Of a stretch of DNA of 64,000 nucleotides, positions 45,172-54,477 are shown in pieces. The first letter of the stretch is position 1; each line of letters opens with the position of its first letter. The DNA comes from an uncultured Gemmatimonadales bacterium (GTDB lineage Bacteria; Gemmatimonadota; Gemmatimonadetes; Longimicrobiales; RSA9), in assembly GCA_963798085.1 (NCBI GenBank), contig CAWCRS010000001.1, forward strand, positions 320,001 through 384,000, written 5' to 3'. Position numbers and translations under genes: made by a program. A model generated the notes under the pieces. The model had not been told where the DNA came from and did not search any database. It saw only the letters and a list, made by a program, of their open reading frames with translations.

Positions 45172-46140
45172 ATGCGACGACTCTGCTTCCTGCTCCTGCT
45201 CGCGTTGCCATCGCTTCTGCACGCCCAGCGCTACACGGGCCCGGACGGCAAACTGCGTGTTGCGCTGGCCCGCCAGCCGTTCTCGCCCACCGGCACATCC
45301 GTCGGGCCCACGACCATGGCGAACGGCGGGATCCAGCCGCTTCTCGCCGGCATGGGCGCGACCGTCCGTGTCGAGGAAAGCGCGCTGACTGCGGATGAAA
45401 ACACCGAGTATGGCGCGTGGAAGCGCCTGGGCATGGCGCTGGGCCACTTCGCCGAGATTGTCGCGCAGAACGAGCGGGATGGCTACTTCACGGTGGGTCT
45501 GCTGGCCACGTGTCCGTCCATGCCCGGCCTGGTGGCGGGGCTGCAGCACTCGGGTGCCACGCCCGAACCGCTGCGCATCGGCATGCTCTGGCTGGATGCG
45601 CACCCCGACTTCAACACGCCGGAGACCACGCGCAGCGGCTCGCTCGGCGGCATGCCTGTCGCCGTGGCGACCGGGCGCGCGCTGCAGATCATGCGCCTCG
45701 ATGCGCACCTCGATCCGCCCCTGGCCGACCGGCGCATTGTCATGGGCGGCGTGCGCCTGGTGGATCCGCTGGAGCAGCGACTGCTGGACGACTCGTTCAT
45801 CGAGCAGCTGTCCGTCGACGACCTGCGCCACATGACGCCCGCGGTGTTCGCGCAGCTGGACCGGCTCAGCAGCCTGAGTGACAAGCTCTACATCCACATC
45901 AATATGGACGTGCTGGATCCGCGGGAAGTGGCGGGCCATCCTAACAAGGTGCCAGGTGGTCCCTCGAGCGAGGAGCTGGCCGCGCTCTTCGAGGCCGTCT
46001 TCCGCCGTTACCCCAAGGCATCCGCCATCGGCTTCGCCACGATCCCGCCCACCGATGAGGGCGGACTCGCCATTGCCGCGCTCAATCGCATGATCCAGGG
46101 GGCGGTGCGTGGCGTGATGGAGCGCGAAAAGACCCGCTGA
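45172..46140 (+). CDS. Secreted arginase/ureohydrolase family protein with non-canonical active site
   Basis: Signal peptide; WLDAHPDFNTPETT, YIHINMDVLDP, VPGGPS. Confidence 0.85.
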   Translation: MRRLCFLLLLALPSLLHAQRYTGPDGKLRVALARQPFSPTGTSVGPTTMANGGIQPLLAGMGATVRVEESALTADENTEYGAWKRLGMALGHFAEIVAQNERDGYFTVGLLATCPSMPGLVAGLQHSGATPEPLRIGMLWLDAHPDFNTPETTRSGSLGGMPVAVATGRALQIMRLDAHLDPPLADRRIVMGGVRLVDPLEQRLLDDSFIEQLSVDDLRHMTPAVFAQLDRLSSLSDKLYIHINMDVLDPREVAGHPNKVPGGPSSEELAALFEAVFRRYPKASAIGFATIPPTDEGGLAIAALNRMIQGAVRGVMEREKTR

Positions 46141-46338
46141 ACGCGAAACCGGCCCCCGGCCGCCGTTCAGCGACCGCGCAGAGACGCATGCACCCCCCAG
46201 CCGAGCGCTGCCGGCACGGCCTGCCTGGCAGGCGGCTGCCGCATCTCAGAATGTGACTACCCGGCGCTCCTGGTCACGAATTCGCTACGCACTGGAATGC
46301 CGGCGCATTGCGGCCACGAACGCACTGGAGGCTTCGCC

Positions 46339-47004
46339 ATGAGCACAGCCTACGCATGGGAGCGCCCATGCCTGCGCTGCGGTGGACAGAACGACGCGCA
46401 CCACAAGGTGGAATCGGACGCCGAAGTCGAGCGGGTTGCCAATGAGCTGGCGGAGCTGCTCCAGCCGGTGTGTGCGAAGCAGGGTCGGATGCTGGGTGTG
46501 ATGCGCGCGGACGGCGAGTGGATCGTGTCCCTCTCGTCCGTGGCCAGCGTCAGTCAGGACTTCGTCAACATCGTGCTCGACTACAATGCCACGATGAGTC
46601 CCATCGCGCACGACTGGTCGACCGTGCCCGTGCGCTCGCTGGGAGGCCACGACATCCGCTCGCTGCTCGTCACGCGCGAGTCGAAGAAGCCCGCGAAGAA
46701 GACTTCAGGCAAGACCTCCACGCCCGCGCCCACACCGCTCAATTCGCTGTTCAAGGTCCACGCGGACGATCCGTCTCTCAAGCCGCTGCCCATCGCGGGC
46801 GGGCCGGGCTGCTTCTGCGCGGCGCCCAAGCTCGTCTCGTACCTGACACAGGATTCCGGCTCACAGCTGCTGCCGCCCGGCCGCATCAACATGATCGAAT
46901 TATGGTGCGGCGCGGCGAGCGCCACCCGCAAACACAGGGAGGTGGCAACCTCATGCCTCAAATGCGCCAACATCCTGCCCACGCTGATGTGCCGCGCAAC
47001 CTGA
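46339..47004 (+). CDS. Cys-rich hypothetical protein, possible Zn-binding deaminase-like fold
   Basis: GGAGG RBS; CLRC, GRMLGV, CFCAAPKL, MIELWCG, SCLKC..IL motifs. Confidence 0.7.
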   Translation: MSTAYAWERPCLRCGGQNDAHHKVESDAEVERVANELAELLQPVCAKQGRMLGVMRADGEWIVSLSSVASVSQDFVNIVLDYNATMSPIAHDWSTVPVRSLGGHDIRSLLVTRESKKPAKKTSGKTSTPAPTPLNSLFKVHADDPSLKPLPIAGGPGCFCAAPKLVSYLTQDSGSQLLPPGRINMIELWCGAASATRKHREVATSCLKCANILPTLMCRAT

Positions 47005-47043
47005 TGCGGCTGGCCGCCCGGCCGGGGCCGGTGCGGCCACGAA

Positions 47044-48810
47044 TCATTTCGCCAGGTCCCTGACCGCCGCAGCCATCTTGCGCACGCGTGCCGCGTCCGC
47101 AGCACCGCTCGCGTCCTTGTCCAGCTCGCCCGCCAGCTTGTTCAGCGCACTGCGTCGCGCACCCCCGCTCGCGTGCTCCGCCGCGTCGAGCTCAGCCGCG
47201 ATCGCGCTCGTCCTCGCCGCGGCCAATCCGTTGTTTCGCACGAGCTGATCGAGATAGGAGCGCACGACCGGGAATGCCGCCGGCCATGTGACGTGCGGCT
47301 GTGACTGCGGATTGTACTCGTCCATGTGGACGAGCTTCGCCGCGTCGATCTCGTTCTGCGAGAGGAACTCGCTGGGCTGAAGCTCCAGCACGTCGAAACC
47401 GCGCGACAGCTCCGACGAATAGATGTAGCCATTGTAGTAGTACGCGCCCCACGAGCCGCCGATGACCATGCTGTCATCGCGCACCGGGCCGCGGTCGAAG
47501 TAGCCGATCTCCACCGGGTGATCCGGGTCGGTGAAGTCGAACATGTCCACACCACCCTGATACCAGCCCTGCACCATGATGTCGCGGCCCGGCACCGGCA
47601 GCAGCCCGCCATTGTGCGAGACGCAGTTCTCCGTGTTCGTCTGCGCCGCCAGCATCTTGAAATAGCTGTGGCGCGTCATCCGGCCCTTGTCGAGCGTCAG
47701 GATCGTGTTGCCGCCGAGGCGCTGCGGATCGGTGATGCGGCAGCGTGGCGCCGTGCCGCCGCCCCATTCGTCCGTGAACACGACCGACGTCGCTTCGTTG
47801 TTGAAAACGGCCGTGTGCCACAGCGAGAAGTTCACATCCGATCGGGCATCGAGGCGGACCGGCTTCGCGGGGTTCTTCGCATCCAGCATGATGCCGAAGC
47901 TGCCGCACGAGCCCGCCACAATGTGGAACGCGGGGTATGCGGTGAGGTCGTGGCACCCGGTGGGCCCGAGCGCGCGCCGGTCGTTCCCGGCCACACTGTC
48001 GCTCAGCGGTACACCGGCCCGGCCGGGCGGGCGAGGCAGGCCCTCGAAGATGCGCGCGAAGCCGATCACCGCGGCATCCTCCGGCTTCTTCAGCGGCACG
48101 CGGATGATGTCGACGCGATACTGCGCCGTGTTCGGATTCTCCTCGACAGTACCCGAAGAGCAGCCCGGCACTTCCGCGGAATCACGTACGAACGATGACC
48201 CGCCGACATAAATGTAGACGACGTTCTTGTCACTCGGGTCCGGTACGATCGTGTGCGTGTGCGAGCCGCGACACGTCTGGATGTTCTTGATCAGCTTCGG
48301 TTGGCGAGGATTGCTGACGTCGAAGATGCGCACGCCGCGCTCGCGGTCCTGTCCATCCTGCACACCCTGCGTGCCGCAGTCCTTGCGCGCGCGCCCCGAC
48401 TCCGCCGAGATGAACAGCAGGTTGCCGATGATCGAGGGATCACCCTGGTCGGTGGCACACACCACCGTGCTCAGGTGCACCGGCTGCGCCGGATTGCTCA
48501 CATCCCAGACCGTGAAGCCGCTGAAATTGCCCTGATAGACGATGTTGCCGCCGAAGGCCAGATCCGAGTTGATGTAGGTGAGCCCGCGCGCGGAGTCGAA
48601 TTCCATCGGCTTGGGCGAGAACGAAACCAGCCGCATGTTCTTCGCGGCTACGCCCGCCGTGTTCTTCAGGCCCGCGGCAAGCCCCACGCGCGGATCGTTC
48701 ATGGTCGCGATCGTGTCCTGCTGCGCGGCCAGCAGCGCAGGCCATGCCATGGCAACGGCAACGGCCGCGATGGCGGCAACGGCATGACCCACTGTCAGTC
48801 CTTTTTTCAT
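47044..48810 (-). CDS. Secreted LVIVD-repeat protein
   Basis: Signal peptide; NSDLAF, WDVSNP, FDVSNP, GSHTHT, GCHD, DEWGGG, ENCVSH, EIGYFDRGP. Confidence 0.83.
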   Translation of the reverse strand: MKKGLTVGHAVAAIAAVAVAMAWPALLAAQQDTIATMNDPRVGLAAGLKNTAGVAAKNMRLVSFSPKPMEFDSARGLTYINSDLAFGGNIVYQGNFSGFTVWDVSNPAQPVHLSTVVCATDQGDPSIIGNLLFISAESGRARKDCGTQGVQDGQDRERGVRIFDVSNPRQPKLIKNIQTCRGSHTHTIVPDPSDKNVVYIYVGGSSFVRDSAEVPGCSSGTVEENPNTAQYRVDIIRVPLKKPEDAAVIGFARIFEGLPRPPGRAGVPLSDSVAGNDRRALGPTGCHDLTAYPAFHIVAGSCGSFGIMLDAKNPAKPVRLDARSDVNFSLWHTAVFNNEATSVVFTDEWGGGTAPRCRITDPQRLGGNTILTLDKGRMTRHSYFKMLAAQTNTENCVSHNGGLLPVPGRDIMVQGWYQGGVDMFDFTDPDHPVEIGYFDRGPVRDDSMVIGGSWGAYYYNGYIYSSELSRGFDVLELQPSEFLSQNEIDAAKLVHMDEYNPQSQPHVTWPAAFPVVRSYLDQLVRNNGLAAARTSAIAAELDAAEHASGGARRSALNKLAGELDKDASGAADAARVRKMAAAVRDLAK

Positions 48811-49460
48811 CGGCCGGAATCCTGTGCAAGGGTGTCGAGCATGCGCTGCATGAGGAAGATTTCATCGCGCTGATCGGTGTCCACATCCGTGGCAAAGCGG
48901 AAGATGTCGGAGTCCTGCCCCGCGCCCGGGCTGCCGAAGAGTCGCGCGACCATGTCGACCGCGCCACGGTGATGGCCGATCATGTAGGCGAGGTAGAGGC
49001 GGTCGAATTCGTGGCCGCGCGCGGCATCGAGGTTCGCCATCTGGTCCGGCGTCAGCATGCCCGGCATCATCATCGCGTGCGCCTGCGCATCCGTGGGCAC
49101 GACCTGCTTCCGCTCCGCCAGCCAGCGCCGCATCAGCCCGATCTCATCGGTCTGCGAGATCCCGATCTTCTGCGCCAGCTTGAGCACGTCCGCCGATGCG
49201 CCATGCCCAGGCGCCCAGGCGGACATCACGACAGCCTGCGCGTGATGGCCGATCATGTTCTGCATGAAACGCACATCCGCCACGACGAAGCCGGCGCCAT
49301 CCGTGGCGGGCAGCTCATCCATGTGCATCTGCATGGCCGGCTCGGCGGCCGCACTTGCGGCCGTGGCGGACTGCGACGTCCCGTTGTCGGACGCGCAGGA
49401 CGCGCTCACCAGGGCCGCGGCGATGATGCCCCCGTACAGGGCTGTTCTCACATGTCGCAT
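48807..49460 (-). CDS. DUF305 domain lipoprotein
   Basis: DVRFMQNMIGHHAQAVVMS, MPGMLT, MIGHHRGAVDMV; stop overlaps the LVIVD gene start. Confidence 0.88.
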   Translation of the reverse strand: MRHVRTALYGGIIAAALVSASCASDNGTSQSATAASAAAEPAMQMHMDELPATDGAGFVVADVRFMQNMIGHHAQAVVMSAWAPGHGASADVLKLAQKIGISQTDEIGLMRRWLAERKQVVPTDAQAHAMMMPGMLTPDQMANLDAARGHEFDRLYLAYMIGHHRGAVDMVARLFGSPGAGQDSDIFRFATDVDTDQRDEIFLMQRMLDTLAQDSGR

Positions 49461-49492
49461 GGTCCCATCCGGTTCCTGCTGTGACCGCACTC

Positions 49493-50833
49493 TCACTTCA
49501 GATTCAGCCCGTAGAGCCCGTTGGCGTTTTCCCGCAGCACCATGCGCGCCAGCGCATTGGCGCGATCACGCGTGATCTCGCCGTCGCGCATCATGCCGGT
49601 GAGCGCCAGGCCCAGCGCCTTCCTCGCCGAGCGGGTCGCAAAATACGCCACATCGCCCCAGCTCTGCTCGGCGCCGCCATCGAACGCGTCCGTGCCGAAT
49701 AACACCTTGTCAGGCCATTCCGCCAGCCACTGGCGCAGCACGCCCGCCAGTGTGGTCGGCTCGAGCACCAGGTCCATCATCGAGATGTCGGCGTACACAT
49801 TCGCCTTCGACAGCAGCGACTGCGTCTCACCTGCCCGCGGCCAGCCGCCGTGGATGATCACGAAACGGGTGGCGCGCAGCGTCGTGTCCTCGAACACCGG
49901 CTCCAGCAGCCGCGGATCGCTGCCCTGCAGATCGTAGTACGCGCCAAAGCCCTCGAACACGTGAATGTGCACCGCCAGGCCCAGACGGCCCGCCTCACGC
50001 GCAATCGCGCGGAACAGATAGTCCTCCAGCGTGCGATACTCTGCAATCGAGGGCGCACCCCCGCGCGCGTAACGCGCGTACACACGCGCCGCGACGGCGG
50101 CGTCCGCAGCGCCGAAATCGAGCGGCCGCAGATACGCCACCTCGAACTTGATCGCCACCGCGCCATCCCGCTTCTGCCGCTCGAGCGTGGCCGTCACCAC
50201 ATTCTTCATGTACGCGTCCAGCGTGGGCGGCAGCGCGCTGATGCCGAGATCGTGCAGATAGCGCTGCAGCAGCTTCGCTTCCCTGGGATATAGCGAGCGC
50301 GTGTCCGGCGTGCGCGCCGCCTCGAATCTCGAGTCCAGCGGCAGCATCAGCGCATCATCGAACGCTACCCAGCGGAAGCGTGGCGGCGCCAGCCCCGGCC
50401 CCATGACGATGCGATTGCCGAACTCCACCTCAATGCCTGCCTGATCCAGCACCCATTCCGGGAAATGCTGGCCCTGCTGCGCGATGGCTTTCGCACGCGC
50501 CGCATTCAGCGCCGCGGTGCCCGCCGCACCTGTGTCCACCACGCGTACACCGTACAGCGCCTTCGCCGTCGCCGCCCACTCCGGATTCTCCAGCCGCAGG
50601 CGCCAGGGCAGCGCGAACGGTGGAATCCCATCCAGCGGCAACGCGTCGAACTCCGAGTCCGCAGGCGCTCCCGCCGCGACCGGGCGCATCGGATGCGCGT
50701 GATTGTCCACCGCGCGGATGCGCGCGATGTACGCCGCCAGCTCGCGATCCACACCCGCACCGGCCGCCTGTGCCCGCGCTGCAACCGGCGCCAGCGCCAG
50801 CAGCAGGACCGCAAATCCCGCAGCTCTGCCCAT
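49493..50833 (-). CDS. Secreted amidohydrolase family protein
   Basis: Signal peptide; DNHAH, IKFE.AY.R, HIH, IIHGGWP, LFGTDA motifs. Confidence 0.85.
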   Translation of the reverse strand: MGRAAGFAVLLLALAPVAARAQAAGAGVDRELAAYIARIRAVDNHAHPMRPVAAGAPADSEFDALPLDGIPPFALPWRLRLENPEWAATAKALYGVRVVDTGAAGTAALNAARAKAIAQQGQHFPEWVLDQAGIEVEFGNRIVMGPGLAPPRFRWVAFDDALMLPLDSRFEAARTPDTRSLYPREAKLLQRYLHDLGISALPPTLDAYMKNVVTATLERQKRDGAVAIKFEVAYLRPLDFGAADAAVAARVYARYARGGAPSIAEYRTLEDYLFRAIAREAGRLGLAVHIHVFEGFGAYYDLQGSDPRLLEPVFEDTTLRATRFVIIHGGWPRAGETQSLLSKANVYADISMMDLVLEPTTLAGVLRQWLAEWPDKVLFGTDAFDGGAEQSWGDVAYFATRSARKALGLALTGMMRDGEITRDRANALARMVLRENANGLYGLNLK

Positions 50834-50939
50834 TATCAAGCCCTGTTGGAGTCGGTGCCGAAACTTGGGGTACGGCATTGCGGACGCGCAATCGCCTTTC
50901 CCGGGCCTGGACTGCGGGTCCGCCAGACACGAGACGCAT

Positions 50940-51101
50940 ATGGGCAAACTATTCAGCTTCATCGGCGCCAGCGTGGGCGGCTCCATCGGCTGGTGGCTGG
51001 GCGCACCGATCGGCTTCATGACGGCATTCACGATCAGCATGATCGGCACCGGCGCCGGCATGTACGCAGGCGCACGCTTCGCACACCGGCTGCTGGACTG
51101 A
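50940..51101 (+). CDS. Small Gly-rich membrane protein (53 aa)
   Basis: MGKLFSFIGASVGGSIGWWLG...; two hydrophobic Gly-zipper-like helices; GAG upstream. Confidence 0.65.
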   Translation: MGKLFSFIGASVGGSIGWWLGAPIGFMTAFTISMIGTGAGMYAGARFAHRLLD

Positions 51102-51241
51102 ACCGCGTCGCTTACCATCCGTGATCGCACTGCCGGGGCACCCTCCTGAGGCCCGGCCGTAACACATTGCAGGCGACGACGACGCCGCCGCCTGCGCACA
51201 CCCTCCGCCACGTCCTCGCCACGCACAGCTCGTGAAGGCGC

Positions 51242-51288
51242 TTGCGCCGCGTGCGTGCGGCCACCATACTAGCATTGCATGTTTGCAA
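51242..51288 (+). promoter_or_regulatory. Sigma70-like promoter with downstream palindrome
   Basis: TTGCGC-N17-CATACT (51242-51270), then TTGCA-TGTT-TGCAA (51275-51288). Confidence 0.5.
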
Positions 51289-51316
51289 CGCGGCCACCAT
51301 CAGCCCGCCACGACCA

Positions 51317-51646
51317 ATGCCACGCGACGCACTGGGTGAGTTCGAACACATGGTGCTGCTCGCCCTGCTCCGCCTCGGCGGCGAGGGCTACAGCGCGCCG
51401 ATTGTCGCAGAGCTGGAGGAGAGCACGGGCCGCCCGGCATCGGCCGCGGCCGTGTTCATCGCGCTGCGGCGTCTGGAACAGCGCGGTTATCTGCGCTCGC
51501 TGAAGCACGACGCGCGCGCTGGCGAAGGCGGGCGCGGCCGGCGTGTATTCCGTGTTACGCCTGCCGCCGTGGCCCGGCTGCGTGCGTCGCGGGCGGCGTT
51601 CGAGAAACTCTGGCGCGGGCTGGAGCCGCTGCGCCAGCGACCGTGA
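51317..51646 (+). CDS. PadR family transcriptional regulator (LGEFE type)
   Basis: LGEFEHMVLLALLRL..Y..L.RLE..G..GGRGRRVFRVT. Confidence 0.9.
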   Translation: MPRDALGEFEHMVLLALLRLGGEGYSAPIVAELEESTGRPASAAAVFIALRRLEQRGYLRSLKHDARAGEGGRGRRVFRVTPAAVARLRASRAAFEKLWRGLEPLRQRP

Positions 51647-54330
51647 CAAGTGTGCCGCGCGTGGCGAGCGGGCTGCTCGCCCGCCTGCTGCCGCCTGCGC
51701 TGCGCGAGGATGCGCTGCTCGAGCTGGCCGAGCTGCACGCGCGGCGCGTTTCCCGTGACGGCCGGCGCCGCGCCGACCGCTGGTATCGCCGTCAGATCGT
51801 TCCGTTCGCGCTGCGCGTGTGGTGGGACGTGCTGGCGCACGGGTCGCTCGGTCCGGTTGCACCGCAACGCACACGCTGGCGGAGTGAGCCCATGAGGACG
51901 CTGCTCTCGGATCTGCGCCACGCCCTGCGCTCGCTGCTGCGCGCACCCGGCTTCACGCTCGTTGCGCTGCTCACACTGGCGCTGGGCATTGGTGCTAACA
52001 CAGCGATATTCAGTGTGGTGCACGCGGTGCTGCTGCGGCCGCTGCCCTTCGCGCAGCCGGACCGCCTCGTGAGCCTGTCCGAGACCCGCCTCGATCGCGG
52101 CTGGACGCAGGCGTCGTTCACGCATGCGAACTTCTGGGACGTGCAGGAGCAGAGTCGCACGTTCGACGGCATTGCCGCGTTCCGCGTCAACACCATGAGT
52201 CTGACAGGACGAGACCAGCCTCGCCGGGTCCGCGCGGGACTGGTGTCGGCGAATTTCTTCCAGGTGCTGGGCGTGCGCGCCGTCTCCGGCCGGCTCTTCG
52301 CCAGCCATGAGGATTCGCCAGGCGCGGACACGAAGCTCGTGCTGCTGGGCAACGACTTCTGGCGTACGGAGCTGGGCGCGGACAACGCGATCGTGGGTCG
52401 CCGGCTCACGCTCGACGGAACGGGCTACACGGTGATCGGCGTGCTGCCGGCGGGCGGCTCGTGGCTGGACGAAGCCGACCTGTTCGTGCCCATGGTGCAC
52501 GAGGCCAGTGCCAACCGTGGCAGCTTCGAGCTGGCTGTCATCGGCCGGCTGAAGCCCGCTGTCACCGTGGCGGCCGCCCGTGAAGACCTGGGGCGCATCG
52601 CGCGACAGCTGGCCGCGGCCTTTCCGGACGACGACAGGGGCATGGGCATCGCGCTGGACTCCTCGGCCGACTGGGTGGCCAGCGACTCGCTGCGCCGTGC
52701 GCTGTGGGTGCTCATGGGCGCCGTGGGTCTGCTGCTGCTGATCGCGTGTGTGAATCTTGCAAATCTGCTGTTAGCGCGCGCCACGAACCGGACACGCGAG
52801 CACGCCGTGCGCAGCGCCCTGGGCGCCGGGCGGGGCCGGCTGATGGGCCTGCTGCTGACCGAGTCACTGGTACTGGGCGTGCTGGGCGCCGCCGCCGGCC
52901 TGGGCCTGGCCGCACTCTGCATTCAGCTGCTGCGCCACTACAATCCGGGCGGCATCCCCCGCCTTGCCTACGTCAGCATCGATGGTGTGGTGCTCGCCTT
53001 CTCCGCCTTTGCGGCGCTGCTCACGGCCGCCGTGGCCGGGCTGGGTCCCGCCTGGCGCGGGCCGCACTACTCGGTGGCGACGGCGCTGCGCGAGACGGAG
53101 CGCTCCGTTGCCGGGCACCGCCGCCAGAACCGGCTGCGGGGCCTGCTCGTCGGCGCGGAGGTCGCGCTTTCGCTCATGCTGCTGGTGGGCGCGGGCCTGC
53201 TCATACGCAGCTTCACCCGCCTGCTGCGCGTGGAGCGCGGCTTCGCCACCGAGAACCGCATGGTGATGGAAGTGCCGCTGCCGCCGTTCGACGGTCCCGA
53301 CACACCCGAGGCGGGCCGCGCGTGGGCCGGGCGGGTGACACAGTTCATGAACCAGTACCTGGAGCGCATCCGCGCCATGCCGCAGGTGGCGTCAGCCGCG
53401 GCCGTGAGCTGGCGGCCGCTGAACGGTGTGGGCACGGGCATGGGCTTCGCCGCCGCCGACAAACCGGTTCCCGCGGGCAGCGCCGTGCCCTGGGCCAGCT
53501 GGCGCGACATAACACGCGATTACTTCAGGACCATGGGTGCAGCGATCGTGGCGGGCCGCGATTTCACCGAGCAGGATCTCATCGGCGAGCCCTGGCGCGT
53601 CATTATCAGCCAGCGCCTGGCGCAGACGCTCTGGCCGGGTGAGAACGCCGTGGGTCGCACCATGCTGCTCTGGAAGGGACAGGGCGACAGACCGGCCGAG
53701 GTCATTGGCGTGGCCGCCGACATGCGCGACTGGGGACTGGACGGCGACCGCTCGCTCGCCGTCTACATTCCCTACTACATGGGTGGGTTCTCGCCTGCGC
53801 AGTTCGTGATTCACGCGAACGTGCCGCCTGTCACCCTCATGCCGGCGTTGCGCGCGGCACTGCACGCGCTGCAGCCCGATCTGCCCATCTCGAACGTGCG
53901 CACCTTCGATGACCTCATTGGCGAGTCCGTCGCCTCACGCCGCTTCACCATGCTGCTGCTCGCGGCGCTCGCGGGTCTGGCGCTCGTGCTGGCGCTCGCC
54001 GGCGTCTATGGCGTGCTTTCCTACTCGGTGTCGCGACGCCGCTCCGAGATCGGCATGCGCATCGCCCTGGGCGCCAGCCGCGGCAGTGTGCTGCGCCTCA
54101 TCATCGTGCAGGGTATGCGACCCGTGATCGTCGGACTCTTCATTGGTATTGCGGGTGCCCTGCTGCTCTCCCGCCTCATGACCAGCCTGCTGTTCGGCGT
54201 GACCGCTGTGGATGCGCTGACCTATGGTGGCGTGGCCACACTGCTGCTGCTCTGCGCCGTGCTGTCCTGCTGGGTGCCGGCCCGCAGTGCGCTGCGACTG
54301 GATGTGATCGCTGCGCTGCGCGAGGAGTGA
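51643..54330 (+). CDS. ADOP-type duplicated orphan ABC permease
   Basis: PRVASGLLARLLP..WYRRQ prefix, LALGIGANTAIF, CVNLANLL, RRSEIGMRIALGA, ALREE; GTGA overlap with padR. Confidence 0.93.
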   Translation: MTSVPRVASGLLARLLPPALREDALLELAELHARRVSRDGRRRADRWYRRQIVPFALRVWWDVLAHGSLGPVAPQRTRWRSEPMRTLLSDLRHALRSLLRAPGFTLVALLTLALGIGANTAIFSVVHAVLLRPLPFAQPDRLVSLSETRLDRGWTQASFTHANFWDVQEQSRTFDGIAAFRVNTMSLTGRDQPRRVRAGLVSANFFQVLGVRAVSGRLFASHEDSPGADTKLVLLGNDFWRTELGADNAIVGRRLTLDGTGYTVIGVLPAGGSWLDEADLFVPMVHEASANRGSFELAVIGRLKPAVTVAAAREDLGRIARQLAAAFPDDDRGMGIALDSSADWVASDSLRRALWVLMGAVGLLLLIACVNLANLLLARATNRTREHAVRSALGAGRGRLMGLLLTESLVLGVLGAAAGLGLAALCIQLLRHYNPGGIPRLAYVSIDGVVLAFSAFAALLTAAVAGLGPAWRGPHYSVATALRETERSVAGHRRQNRLRGLLVGAEVALSLMLLVGAGLLIRSFTRLLRVERGFATENRMVMEVPLPPFDGPDTPEAGRAWAGRVTQFMNQYLERIRAMPQVASAAAVSWRPLNGVGTGMGFAAADKPVPAGSAVPWASWRDITRDYFRTMGAAIVAGRDFTEQDLIGEPWRVIISQRLAQTLWPGENAVGRTMLLWKGQGDRPAEVIGVAADMRDWGLDGDRSLAVYIPYYMGGFSPAQFVIHANVPPVTLMPALRAALHALQPDLPISNVRTFDDLIGESVASRRFTMLLLAALAGLALVLALAGVYGVLSYSVSRRRSEIGMRIALGASRGSVLRLIIVQGMRPVIVGLFIGIAGALLLSRLMTSLLFGVTAVDALTYGGVATLLLLCAVLSCWVPARSALRLDVIAALREE

Positions 54331-54477
54331 TATGCGGCGATCCGCCAACACAATCCGGGGTTCGCGCGTTCCGTGCATACTTTGCACAGGGAACCGCGTA
54401 CAGGCGAGCGTGCCGCGCGAACGGCGCGCTCGTCGTTGTGCAGCGGAGTCCGGCATCATCCCGCATCGGAGGCGACT

